A DNA stretch of 59,522 nucleotides, filler included, from Dirinaria sp. TL-2023a (GCA_051941275.1; 3 parts of 3 records of this genome joined end to end with filler, not necessarily neighbours in it); one strand, 5' to 3'. Shown: positions 13,062 through 26,380, counted from the first letter of the whole stretch. Made by a program: numbers and translations. The notes: generated by a model from the letters alone, not told the origin.

Positions 13062-16000
13062 ATGGCAATACGTGTTTCCGTTTTTGCTGGGCTCGGCTCT
13101 CCTGCCCTTTTCTCCTCGTCTACCCAGGCAACTGCAGTAGCCGATGCCGCCCTCCCGGAAGCTCAAGCTCTACTCAATGCTTGCCACAAGATATTCTTGA
13201 CCGAATTCTCCCCTCACTCTAAAAAGCACGGCAATGTCGGCTTGGCTGTCGCTGTGAAAGATTTCCCAAACCCGAAGGATCTGCTGGTTCCACCAGAGAG
13301 ATATCACAAGAATGCCGTCATCCAGAATACAACTTTGTGCTTGGTGCAAATGCTTCGGTACCTTGCCTACAGCGCTAAACATGCTGACGGCGATATGCGC
13401 TGGACCTCTGGGACAGCCGGGGTGTGCTCTGGACTACTCACTGCCACGGCCGTTGCAGCCTGTTCCGATATGGTCACTTTTCTTTCGTATGGGCAGAGAT
13501 CCTTCCACCTAGCACTCTTGCTTGGTAGGCGAATAGAAGAACATGTGAAACATGTACTGTGGTCTACGGGTAGTAATAGAGAGCTCCCTTGGAGCGTGAT
13601 CATCGATGGCCTTACGAAACATCAAGCTGAGGAGTTAATCTTGAAACACAAGCAAGCAGTATGTAATGGCACGGTCACTACTCTATACCCCAGGCCAAGC
13701 TCACGTCTTCTAAGAATCCAGATATACACATCTATGTCAGCACGAAAAGTACAGATCAATGCCTTACGTTGAGTGGTCGAGGAGACCAAATTCAAGATTT
13801 CGTCCAAAACACTCTTCCCAAAAATTGTCGTTCCAGGCCAACAAATCTATATTCTCCGTATCACGACCGTCGCACCCTTGTCTCCGTTAAAGCACAAGTT
13901 CTATCCGATGCCGCTGAGCGTGGGCTTACATATCCTTCTCTGGCGGAACTGAAAGTTCCAATATATATGGGAGATCCGGTACCGTCGTCAATGAATCCTG
14001 CCACCATGCAGCAGAGTATGCTGCATATGATACTCGATCGCATTCTGACATGCCCAGTCGACTGGCTGTCCGCGCAAGAACAGATCTACACAGATCCTGC
14101 AATTGCCAGAGCGGATGGAACTCTGAATAGAGAGGTGCTCAACTTTGGGCCGGGCTATGGTGTCGTCAAGTCCGAAGCACAACGTAGATCTAATGTTCGA
14201 GTGTTGGATGTGTCTTCCGAAGCAAGTCATGATGGTCGCTCCGAAGCGCCACCCATAACCTCGGACGAGGACATCGCTATTATTGGCATGGCTGTTGACC
14301 TTCCTGGTGCGCCAGACTCCGAGAGCTTATGGAAAGCTCTGATGGACGAGATCAATACAGTTGAACAGGTATACGCTACTAAAGTCAGCTCATTCCATAT
14401 ACTGCAGCCACTGATCCCCGCAGATTCCAGAATCCCGTTTCCACGTTGAAGACTTTTATGACTCTTCGAAATCTAAGGCGAGCAAGCCGAAGAGGTCGTT
14501 GGGCACAAAGTTCGGGAACTTTATGGACGACCCGTTCAGATTTGATCATTCCTTCTTCGGAGTCTCTCCTAGGGAGGCCAAATCTGTTGATCCACAGCAG
14601 CGCGTTTTGTTACAAACTACCTACAAAGCGTTGGAAGATGCCGGTTACGTGCCTGACTCGACTCTATCCTTTGCACGAGACACCTTTGGCTGCTATATCG
14701 GCAATGCGACTTTGGACTACCCTGATAATTTAAAAGACGAGATTGATGTCTATTACAGCCCAGGCAAGAAGAGAACCCCGGTGATCTTTATCGGAATAGA
14801 CACTGACCATCCTCAGGAACCCTACGCGCCTTCCTCAGCGGCCGTGTATCTTATGTGTTTGGTTTCAGTGGACCGTGTATGACAATTGACACAGCATGCT
14901 CATCTTCGATGGTCTCAATTTTCCACGCCTGTCGGGCGTTGGTCGCTGGGGACTGCCGAGCAGCTGTGGCTGGTGGTGTCAATGTCATTACCAGTCCAGA
15001 CGTGAGTGATTGCGCCCTAAATTAATAATGAGCAAGCTTACAGTGTTTAGATGTATCTTGGTCTAGACCGTGCCCATTTTCTCAGCCCGACGGGCCAGTG
15101 CAAAGCGTTTGATGCCTCTGCAGACGGCTATTGTCGTTCTGAGGGCTGCGGGATCTTTGTCCTGAAACGCCTGAGCGATGCGTTCAACGATTCCGATAAC
15201 ATTCTTGGAGTCATAAAAGGCGTAGAGATCAACCAAAGTGGTAATGCAGATTCTATAACTCATCCTCACGCGCCGACTCAAGAGCAATTATTTCAGAAGC
15301 TGTTTAGCAAAGCCGACATAGACCCCCTTCGGGTCTCTGTTGTCGAGGCACACGGCACAGGAACGCAGGCTGGCGATCCCCAGGAAGCTACAAGCATACG
15401 TAATGTTTTATCCAAGGGCCGAGATGAGTCAAACCCGTTGTATCTCACTTCAATCAAGGCAAATATTGGCCACTGTGAAGCTGCATCCGGGGCCGCTGCA
15501 TTGGCCAAATTACTGCTTATGACCGAGCACGCCAGCATTCCCAAACAGGTCTCCCTGAACAACCTCAATCCTCGCATAGCTCCTCTGGGTGTCGACGGTA
15601 CGATGATTGCTCGAGACCGAACGGAGTGGACTCCAGCTGCGGGACAGCCCCGGATAGCCATGCTCAACAATTTCGGCGCAGCTGGGTCCAATGGAGCCCT
15701 TCTACTGCAAGAACCTCCCCAGCATAGCCGAAGCAATGCTTTTACGAAGCTCGAGCAACGCCAAACTCACGTGTTTGGATTTTCTGCTAAGAGCGCAAGC
15801 TCGCTATCTGCGTATCGAAAGATTCTGATTCCTTTCTTGAAAGGCAATTCCGATAATCTGGATCTGTGCGATATATGTTACACAAGTACCGCTCGTCGCC
15901 AGATATACAATTTCCGTACTGCTACTCACGCAAACTCTGTCCTTGAGCTGGCGGAGAAGCTGGAGAAGGCCGAGCATGCGGAAGCCAAGAAGGATGTTGT

Positions 16001-19000
16001 TCCACGAGTCATCTTCGTCTTCTCCGGTCAAGGAAGCCAGTATGTCTCCATGGGTCACGAACTCTTCACTACCTCGAAGATATTCCGGGAGACCGTGCTA
16101 GACTGCGAGTCCTGGCTACAGAATGAGGGCTTTCCAAGCTGTTTACGCATAATCAATTACGACGATGAAGCTGGTGAGGATTTGAAAGCAGAAGAGGAAC
16201 TACAGGCTATGCAAACGGCTATCTTCGTGGTTGAGGTTGGGCTAGCTAGAATGTGGTGCAGTTGGGGTGTGCAGCCTGCCATGGTTACAGGGCATAGGTA
16301 CGTGGTGATGTACGAAGCTTGCTAAATGGGACTGACTGTCTTTAGCATCGGGCAATATGCCGCGCTTGTCATTGCGGGAACACTGGACCTGATCGATGCG
16401 CTGAAGATTGTGGCGTCTAGAGCGCGGCTTATGATCGAGAAGTGCCCGCGTGCCGCCACGGGTATGTTGGCAGTCAACCGGAGCACGAGTGAAATCGAGC
16501 GTTACATATCCAGTTCATCCACTTACAAAGACCTGTCGATTGCGTGCTGCAACAGTCCTCATGATTGCGTAGTTGGTGGTCCTTTGGGGCCCCTAGAAGC
16601 GCTGAGAGTCGATCTGAAAGAGAACCACAAATTCAAGGCTGCGATGCTGGGTAATCCTATGGCGTACCATACTAAAGCCATGGAGCCCGTTCTGCCAGAG
16701 TTAACCAGCATATCGGCTTCCGTCAAGTGGTCCCCTCCACAGATCCCTGTTATCTGCAATGTTCTCGGTCGTGTGGTCGAGCAAAATGAAACCACGTTCA
16801 CCCCAGACTTTCCATCACGACACTGCCGACAGACTGTCAAGTTCGAGCAAGGTATTGATGATGCCCTTTCTGGATACTTTGGAGAAGGCGGAGAGCCAAT
16901 CAGCTGGGTCGAAATCGGACCCCATCCTTCAATCATACCCATGATCAAATCCCAGGTCTCCGACAAGGATCACGCTTTCATCACGTCGATGCGCAAGTCT
17001 ACACCCCCCTGGCAGACGCTCTGTGAAGCTCAAAGTCAGCTTTACCGTTCCAATGTTCCAGTCAATTGGCTCAGCATTTTCTCCGAACCTTTGACGCCAA
17101 AGTGCACGAGTCTTCCTAGCTATCAGTTTGACTACAGCAAATTCGTTGTTGAGTATCCTCATGAGGCCGCCAAGGACTCAGCTACCACCCAACCACCATC
17201 TACCGGCTATGGTTTTCTCACCTGCCAGAAAGAGTCCTCTTCAGCTTCGGGTTCAAAGGAGATAGTCTTCGAGACTCCCATACAACACTTGGCAGAGTAT
17301 ATTACTGGCCATATGGTGTGCGGTTTCGCGCTTTGCCCAGCATCAGTGTATCATGAAATGGCCCTAGCAGCTGCCGAGATTTGCGACAAACACGAAGGAT
17401 CAGAAAGCGACGGCTCAACTCCAGCTACCAATACGCTTACTCAGATATCGTACCTAAACCCTCTGATCTATGTCGAAGGTGCTGCGCGAAACATCAGGAT
17501 TACGATCCGCTTGATAAATGAGAAACCAGAAGCCACCAAAAGCTTTACGGTCTCATCATGCGACCCGTCGGATAGCAAGAAAATCATTCACCACTGCCAA
17601 GGACACGTTAAATGTCAACCGCTGCCAGCGGTAGAGGCAAAGTTCAGAATGCTTCATGCGCAGCTCCAAAAGCCAGTGTCATTGTTTGATGACGCGGAGT
17701 CTACCGAAATTTTTCGAACGAGAGCTATATACGAGAAATTGTTTCCACGTGTGGTGACATACTCTAAGATGTATCAAGCAGTCCAGTCGATGAGCATCTC
17801 AGCCGATGGAGCCGAAGCACTCGCGACGGTTCGTATACCGAGCGCTTCTGCAACATCCGAGAAATTCGCTGTCAACCCAATTTTCATGGACGTTATCCTG
17901 CACGTAGCGGGCTTCGTCGCCAATCTTGCAGCTGAGGACGCAGATGCCTTCATATGCAAAGAGGTCAAATCGGCGAAGGTCATGATGGCTCCCACAGACC
18001 TTCAGCAACCTATCCAAGTCTACTGCAGCAATATAACTGTTGCAGAAGGCAATTCTACCATTGGCAACGGCTACGCGATGGGGCCCAAGGGCCGTGTTCT
18101 TGCCGTCTTCAAGGGGATGCACTTTACACGGGTCAAGCTCTCGAAGATAGCAGCAGGATTCCGGCACGCGTCAGGCAAGTCAGATAAAAAGACAGAAAAA
18201 GCCAAGGTTGAAGCAAACAAGAGAGAATCGAGTGAGAGCAAGCAGCTGTCGATAGGTTCTCCTGCGAGACAATCTGACGACACCGCTCGCCCAGCTAAGC
18301 CCTCGCTGATGGTAGATGCCAAACAGATCATTGCTGAGGTTTGTGGCGTTGAGATAACAACCATCACATCTGACAGCGAACTTGAAGCCCTAGGTATTGA
18401 TTCTCTAATGATACATGAACTTGGCTCCCGGATCCAGGAGGCAGCAGATGCCACGTTCACTAACGATGAATTGACTGCTTGCTCAACGGTGAAAGATATT
18501 GAGACTCTGCTAGCATCTAAGGGTGAAAGACCGCTGGAGAAGAAAGCAAGCCGCGCACCATCAGAGTCGCCCGTGCTAGGGCACTCCTCTAGCATTAGTC
18601 AAGAAGTCGATACAGCAAGTTCCTCCGGCCCGTCCGCTATTCCAATAATAGTGGAAATTTGTGGTGTTGAGGCAAGCACCATCACTGCCCAAACCGAGCT
18701 TGAGAGCCTTGGTATCGACTCACTCATGATCTTCGAGCTCGAAGACAAGCTGAAAGAGTCGATCTCAACAGACTTGGATGGAGCAGAGCTTGGATCCTGC
18801 AAGACCGTTGGAGAGATCAACGACCTGCTTCGCAAGACCACGGGAACTGAAGAGCCGCAGCCTTCCCAGGCCGAAAACCAAATAGTGCGCCCACAACTTC
18901 AGTCCTATAGCTCATCGTCATCTGGGTCTAGCATGGCCACTTCCAAGCTAGCCTCTCCTGCGTCCACCCAGCTATCTACCCCTCCAACACGGCCATCCTC

Positions 19001-19796
19001 TACGTCGCCGCGTCCCGGAGTAGATCCAGATATGTTACAGAAACGTTTGCCAAAGGTTCTAGAATCCAAGCTCTCCCATGAATCCCCCACCCGCCCCTCA
19101 TGTGATTCGCCTCATTCAGAGACACCAAAGATCCTTCTTGATGGCCCTCCAAAGCATTTAGGTCTTGAAAACCCGTTAACACTCATCCAACCCGGCAAAG
19201 CAGGAAGCCTTTCTCAACCACTGGTCCTCATCCACGACGGCAGCGGCGTAAATCTCAAATACCGCAACATCCAGCAGCTGAACCGTCAACTCTTCGGCAT
19301 GTCCAATCCCAAAGCCTTCAGCACAGAGACCTGGACCGACCTAGCAAACATGGCTCAATCCTACGCAACCAAAATATCCGCGACCATCGACGGCCCAGTG
19401 ATTCTCGGAGGTCAGTCCCCTGTCACTCACCAAACACACGATAGAAATACACAAAGCTAACCTTATCTTTCCCCCCATCTAGGCTGGTCGTTCGGCGGTG
19501 TGGTCGCCTTCCACGCCGCGCATCTCCTGCTTAAAGACAAATATCCCATCTCCGGCGTTCTGCTCATCGACTCCCCCGCCCCTCTCAACCACCAGCCCCT
19601 TCCCAAAGCTATCATCGAGTCCGTCTCCAAGACCTCGAAATCTACTACCGCCACGAACGCCATAAACGCCGCCGTTGCCCGCCAGTTCGAGCTCAACACT
19701 GCCTTGCTCCAGAAATTCACGCCAAGCTCCAAAGGCCCGTTCCCGGAGATGCTGCTGTTGAGGAGTTGCGAGGGATACGATGCCGAGGGTAGGGGC
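13062..19796 (+). CDS. Non-reducing polyketide synthase SAT-KS-AT-PT-ACP-ACP-TE (orsellinic-acid-synthase-like), 3' end truncated at the contig edge
   Basis: SAT (VFAGLGS, GVCSG); KS (DPQQR, DTACSSS, EAHGTGT, KANIGH); AT (FSGQGSQ, GHS across an intron); PT ([19 protein letters not shown]); two ACPs (both LGIDSLM); TE (IHDGSG, GGWSFGG, LIDSP). No methyltransferase, KR or ER motifs were seen. Introns 13659-13714, 14369-14423, 14764-14816 (GC-AG), 15002-15050, 16298-16345 and 19411-19481. Confidence 0.96.
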
Positions 19797-19896
19797 NNNN
19801 NNNNNNNNNNNNNNNNNNNNNNNNNNNNNNNNNNNNNNNNTTAATTAATTAANNNNNNNNNNNNNNNNNNNNNNNNNNNNNNNNNNNNNNNNNNNN
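19797..19896. other. Artificial contig-joining spacer (N44-TTAATTAATTAA-N44)
   Basis: Exactly 100 bp. The 12-mer places stop codons in all six frames, and genes are cut on both sides. Confidence 0.98.
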
Positions 19897-20303
19897 CTCC
19901 CTCTCCCTCCACGCGCCCACCCCGCCCCACCTCGCAACCCTCTCCCTCGCATCGCGAAACACCTCCTCGGCCGCATCCCGGCTCACACCCTTCCACTTCC
20001 GACACAGGGTCTCCAATTCCCGATCCCTGTTTCTCGCGATCTCAGTCTCGAGTTTTGAAGCCTGCGATGTGAGGTCCAGGGTGTGCCGGAGGGTGGATAG
20101 GGTGCTGAGGAGGTGGGCGTGACGCTTTCGGAGGGCGGAGAGAGAAGATGAGGTGGGGAGAGGTTTTTGTTGGTGGTGGTGGTGGTGGTTGTGGGGATTG
20201 CAGGCGGAGAAGTTGGTCGGGCGGTTTTGAGAGGTGAGACGAAGGGTTTGGAGAGTGAGGAGTTGGTGCTTTCGATGCGGCGCCGTTTTGTTGGGTGAGA
20301 CAT
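19897..20303 (-). CDS. SFR1: Sfr1/Mei5-like recombination protein, partial, with an apparent frameshift
   Basis: The N-terminus MSHPTKRRR...LSKPFVSPLK is in one frame. The conserved core LDLTSQA...LETLCRKWKGVSRDAAEEVF...RVARWGGVGAW is in another frame and is cut by the spacer. Confidence 0.75.
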
Positions 20304-20759
20304 GGTCAGAGTGGGACATTTGGGTTATGGTCTAGGGAAGGAGGTTGAGGGGCCATGCGAGAGGGAAAGCAATAGATTGAGGTGTAGAGAGGTGAGGTTG
20401 AATGATTCGACTTAAGCGAGCTAGGGCTGCGCTAGGTCCTCTGGTTTGACAATTGGGGCGTGATGCGCTGCTTTGGTAAAACGAAGTCGTAAGGTAAGTC
20501 TCAGCTTATCTAATATTTTACTTCTTTCTCGTCACAGGAGAGGATGGATTGTTAATGAGCAGCACTTTTTGCATCCATACTAGATACTGTTGCCGTGACT
20601 ACAATAAGAGCAAAGTGTGCAAAAGCACTGAAGAGGATCTCATGTCAAAGCTCTGAGCAACGTGCTCTACTTCCATAATGGGTTTGACGCTGCAATTCTT
20701 ACAGCCAGTTCCGCCTCATAAGTCATCCATCGTCGAACATTGTCAGTATCGACAATGCA

Positions 20760-21459
20760 TTACTTCTTTTCCACCGCTCCAGCCAAGTCAGCCAGCGCTT
20801 CTTTCCTCTTGAACCTCGCGTCTTCGATTACCCCTAAATTTACGTATCAGCATTTACCTTCTAGAACTTTGGCTTGTATTGAGGGATAATGCGGACCAGC
20901 GTCGGCATCACTCGAGAAGTTCCCCGTCCACTGCACATATGTGCTCGCCTCATGTTTCCCAGATGTTACGGCATAGCATCGAACCGTGGACACGACACTT
21001 GTGTAGGAGAGCGCAGGGTTCGAGGCGATAACCGAGTAGGTTATGTAATGGTCGATAGTCTGCCGTAGACAAGCTGTCAGCGTTCAATCTCCCTCACATG
21101 CCAATAGCATCATAATTTCCCATCAAATCCACCTGAGCACCCAACACCTCCAACAACCAGACGCTATTCGCTGTCCTCCACACGTTGTTGGACATCTTCC
21201 GTAGCACAGATCCCACTCAATTGAGAATCAAACTCACGCTATGCTCCTCCTGTTTCACTTCTAGAACAGTCCCATCCTTGAACGTCCAACGCACAATATC
21301 GGTCTCCGGTGAGACACCCTTCACATAGTCGCTCTTGTCTAGCTTGCTCCAGAACTTGTGGAAGTCTTGCAATTTTATCATGTGCCAGACTTGTGTGAGG
21401 GGTGCGTTGATGACGGCGGATTCGGAGACTGAAGTCGACGTTGGAATTGCGCCAGACAT
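20760..21459 (-). CDS. Bet v1-like / SRPBCC (START-fold) small protein
   Basis: Three exons read MSGAIPTSTSVSESAVINAPLTQVWHMIK...VKQEEHS / TIDHYITYSVIASNPALSYTSVVSTVRC...GNFSSDADAG / VIEDARFKRKEALADLAGAVEKK*, with GT-AG introns. Confidence 0.85.
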
Positions 21460-22083
21460 TGTGGAAATTGCAGAATTGGGCGTGGAGATGAAGAGATAGT
21501 CAGGGCGACGGCTGGTCGATTGTGATACCTATTGCGTGGTTGCGGGGAATGCACATATGCTGGTGGGCAGAAATGTATCAACGGAAGGTACCTGCCTTAC
21601 CTTAGGCATGTTGACGCAGGTACGACGTACTCGTACCTTTCCTTACGTCATAGTGACCCAAACCCTAGAGCTAGTTGGATTTGGACTAGCTGCTGGGATC
21701 GGAGCTGGCCAGAAAAGTTCGTTATTTGATTATCCCTTCGATCGCAGTTAACACCGACTTAGGAAAACTTATCATTCATAGTAGACACAGTTTGATCATC
21801 TATCTAGCAACTTTTTCAGGCCACACGTGCAGTAATAGTATTGTGTGCTTAGCCACCTAGCGCTATGGCTTGTTGAACATTTCCTTCGTTATCAACCATG
21901 TGCTCCGACAAAGGCAAGCATGTACAAGAAAATCAAACGGTTGTCAGTACACGAAGAGATTCGGACCACGTGAAGCATGTCCTAGCGATTGAATCGCCTC
22001 CAATATTAATCACCAAGCTACCATCCACTTGTCAGCATAGTATATGCAGCTCGCAATATGCATATATCTTGGCTTTTCCTGGT

Positions 22084-25000
22084 TCAACCCATTCTTGATA
22101 CCTCATCCTTCCATTCTTCCACCATACGACTCACATCTCCACAAGTCTTTTTGCACATTGCGTAAGCGACCTCTGCCTTACGCGCCGCCTGTTTGGCCTC
22201 CTCCATAGCCTTTTCAGCGTCTCTGGCCTGAGTAAGAGCGTCGACCATGATTTTCCCAAGTTCCAGCAGTCGCTCCTTTTTGGGACTAGACCGCTCTTTG
22301 CGCGCCGATTCCAGAATCTGCATCGCCAAAGTCGTGGTAGTGGATACCTCTGTTGGCATTGGAGATTGCAAAGGCGGAGTTCGACCGACCGAATTGGAGA
22401 AATCTGGTAGTGGCGAACGCAAAGCTTTGTCATTCGTATGAGCAGCACGACGCATGGAAGCCAACGTCGGACGATGAACTGGGTGGATCTCAGAAATGGG
22501 TGGGAAGGGGCTACCATTCCCACTAACAGACACCTTTTGTTTATTTTTCTTGGCCGTTTTAAGAACCGAGTCGTCCGAGTTACGCTTGTGGAAGAGCCCA
22601 CTGACTTTGGACAGCATGCCCTTGGATACGGAACTATGAGACTTGTTACTTTCACGTGCCATCGAGTTGGCTACCGAACTGCGGTTTGAGGTCGGCTTTG
22701 TATTGTCGATCTGAGATGTTGCGTAGCCGCCAATGCTACCGAGGCGGTTTTGCCGCGCTGTAAACTCTTCGGGTACATTTTCTTTATTACCTGGCGGGGA
22801 GGTTGGTGACTTATTACTGATGAAGTCTGGATGCACGGTACGAGACGAGCTCCTAGGTGGCAAGGGGCTAGACCCACCTTTCGGATTTGCTTGCTGTGGA
22901 GTGGACGTTGCAGGCTCGGAGAATTTGAGAGAAGTGTCTCTGCGGTCCTCGGAAGGTTTTTGAGGAAGGCCAGGTTCCCCGTGGGCTATGCTTGGAAGCT
23001 GATTAGGCTTTCTCGTGGTCTCAGGTTCCTGTACGGTGCCTTCTTGGGTCATCACGGACTGAACATCAGCGGGCGTAAGTAAAGCGTCGCTGTCCGCGGT
23101 CAAGCCTAAATGCTTTTGCACAGGCTCGATCCATGAACTGCTTTCGGGAAGGTTGTTGTAAAGTTTGATGAGTGAGTCTTTATCGGTCTCCGTAAATGCT
23201 GTATTATGTGAGAGTCTCTTGTCGAGAGAAGAATGTGCGTCGAAAAATGGATCATCTCTGGTAGAAGTGCCTGTGCTCTTCCGGCTAGATTTGGGCGTCT
23301 CAATAGCCGAAAGTCGTCCTAGGTGCTCAACACCTAGAGTGGAGACTAAGTCGGCACTCTTGACCTTCTTCGCACGTGTATCGTCATCCATCATTTTGGT
23401 ACGGGAGGCTGACAGAGGAAGACCCTGGCTACTGGAGGGACGACGACTGGTGAGCCGACTGCTAGATGACCGTAACGGTGCTCTATCTTTATTCGACTGG
23501 TGACGGAGGTCACTGGCCGCAAGTAAGCGACCGACGTCTTTACTCTTCTTGACGACTGGTTCATTTTCTTTGTCCGAGGTGCTACCCATGATGATGCGAT
23601 CAGCTGATGGTGAAATTTTCAGCGTAGGGCCATGCTCAGGCGAGCTCACTGAGAGCCGCTTGATCTTGTATGGTGACTCCTGAATAGCTGCTAGAGAGGA
23701 CGCGTGGGCATTGTCTTTATCCTCAAAGATACCAAAGTCTGCAGAAGCTCGTGCTTCGTTATTTGCCGAGGCTTCTGGGCCTTTGAAGTCATTGGGTGGA
23801 AGCTTGCTGTCAGCTTGTGTAACCACGCTCGACACTGTCGACCGAAACACCGGAATCGAGCTTTTGCGCGGTACAACTTCAGGCTCCTTGACCTCGGCGG
23901 CGCTTTTCTTCTGCGCAACAACCTGACCTTTTGTCGGTAGCGGTGGTGCCGGCCTACTGGGCGGCTGACCTTGGGTGGAGTGAGATGAAGCCCGAGATTC
24001 ACTACGTAGACTACCACGACTGGGTGGACGACGACTACCAGCCACAAATTGTGCTGGAGCAGCACGCCGATTACCATGAAGTGACTCCTTGGACGGCTTA
24101 TGGCTGAGCGGATATGCTCCTGGGGGCACTGGAGTTGGTAAATCCATCACATCATTCTTGGCATTTGACGCTTCTTTGGCCACAGTGGATTTGGCGAGGC
24201 CGAGCAGTTTTTTGTTGTTACTGCTAGCTGTATTGTCCTTGGTGGCCTGACCAGCAGAGAGGCGAGCTCTGAGCGACGAGGTCCGAGTCTGACGGGGCTC
24301 GACGGTAGCTCTTGTTGGGGATTTCTCTGCAGCTGTAGTGCCGGTTGATGGCATGTTGGTTCGAGACGGTGACTTTGAAGGCGACCCACCCTTTCGCTGA
24401 TTGGTAGACGCTGTGGAAGCTCTAGGTGGGGTTGCCTTCGATTTAGCATTTTCTTTCCCAGTATGATACTGTCCGGCTTTCTTTGCATCTTTCGGAGGAG
24501 TCAAAGGCTTCTGCTCGACCGACTGTGCGGAAGCATTGTTTTCAGCACCCTTATAAGTCATGTCGATTAACTGATCATAGTTGGCGCTTGGTAGGAGCGG
24601 ATAGCGCTCCTTTAGTTGTGCCGGTTCGGTGGAGCTAATAACAGGATTCCCAGGTTCAGCTGCCATGTTTCGAAGTGTATTAGGTGTGGTGGGCCTATTC
24701 GGGAACAGGACTGGCCATTCCTCATGCTCCCACGGTTTTCCTGGCGGAGAGCGCTTCAATGGTTTCTCGCTTGCATCGATAAGGCTGCGGTTTTGTTTTG
24801 CTGGACTGTCAGTACCCATTTGAGCAATGGGAGGATCTGGGAGTGGCTTGTCTCTCAACACAGTTTTATCGACCTTGGAGGACGAAGTGCTCGAGTGAGG
24901 GGAAACGTGGACAGTGCTGTTCGATGGTGTGGCGAGCTGTCAGATGTGTCAGTCTTCGATTGCAATATCTTGACGGAACGTGGAGCTAATGCTGCCGAAA

Positions 25001-25457
25001 AGTTGTAGAGCCATGGCTCGATGACTTCCAACAACAACGGCAGCATTATGAGTGCCTCAGGATGTTGTTCGTATTTTGGGCTTTTAGAATGCACAGGCGA
25101 CAGACTTACCTTGTCAGGGAAGATAACAGACTTGCTCTGCTTCCCTTCTTTCTTGCCCTTGGGAGTCCCTTCCCCAACCTTACTGAAGCCTACGCGCTTA
25201 GCAGCGGACGACACCCAATTGCCGTTGGTCCTCGCTTTCAAAGAAGACGGAGGAGTTGGAATGTGCTCAGGGCTTTTGGAAGATTTGGGTATTGCTTGTT
25301 TGGAGGAAGAGACAGTGGGAGACATGAAGTGTGGTGGCTTCTTGCCAAGGTTCTCGCCTGGTGCAACATCGCTAAGGGTTTCATAACGCATTGAGGATGT
25401 TGACCGGCGTTTGATAGCATTACTTGCATTGTTGGTGATGTCTGTGAGTGTCCCCAT
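22084..25457 (-). CDS. Large Ser/Pro-rich, probably disordered hypothetical protein with a C-terminal coiled coil
   Basis: Exon 1 is 25457-25110 (GTAAGT donor). A CTGAC branch and CAG acceptor give exon 2, 24936-22084, which contains the 925-aa ORF. The C-terminus is a helical ARDAEKAMEEAKQAARKAE segment. Confidence 0.8.
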
Positions 25458-26380
25458 CTTGAATGCTCAAGAAGCGGACCTCTCCCTCAAGAAGAGGTGG
25501 GGATGTTGAGGTTGTGGGTAAGGGAGGAGGGAAAGTTGTTGTTCGCGGAGATGGCAATAAATATTGGCCAGGTCAAATGGGAAATGACGCGCCGTGCAGT
25601 CAACACTGGCAAGCGGAGAGCAAACCAAGGAGCGCGTCTCTGCATTAGGCCAACACAAATAATCCTCTTAGATCTAAGAAACGCCGATAATAGGCTGGAG
25701 CCGGCTACAAGTAAAGCACAGGGCCCAGCAAAAGAATGATGACAATTGAAATTGGCTCTTTCACCATGACTCTCTCTGGCAGATCTTACACAGACACTTA
25801 CAGTGCCATGCTATTTGATTTTTCGTGCAGCTGCATCGTACACTCATCAAAGTAATCAATCCGACAATATCGTGACTAGACAGCTTGATGCTGGGCAGAA
25901 CTTTAACATCATTGTTTCGCCAAATCGTAGAAGACTCCGATAGACGCAGAGATCGTAGTAAGACGGTCTTTGTACTCGGTTGTGTGAGAGAGCTGATTTC
26001 CCACGCAGAATCAGATTGTAATACTCTATGTGTCATCCCATACAGCTGCAGATCAGTCTATTTACGCTCTTGATATCTTCGCTCGTGATTGCAGAGCCGC
26101 GTGCTGGCCTCTACTCTTGATCTAGGATCCTTCTGCTCTGTCCTGAAAATGGAAACAAGTTCAAAGAAGCCAAGTTTATGAAAACAGGTGAGGCCAAATG
26201 CTAGCACCGTAAAAACAAGGGGAGCTGCCTCCCAATATCTTTGGCTTTACCATCAAGATGAGAATGCAACTTAGCTATGCTGATCATATTGTACGCATTT
26301 AGACGACTGACGAGCAATCTCTTTCACAAAATCGATGACCCCCTCTTCAAGCGCTTGACTTCACAGGCGAATGTGCTTCT

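Noticed and set aside
20760..21459. SRPBCC/polyketide-cyclase-like gene about 1 kb from the PKS as a cluster member
   Set aside because: It is separated from the PKS by an artificial spacer, so the proximity is an assembly artefact.
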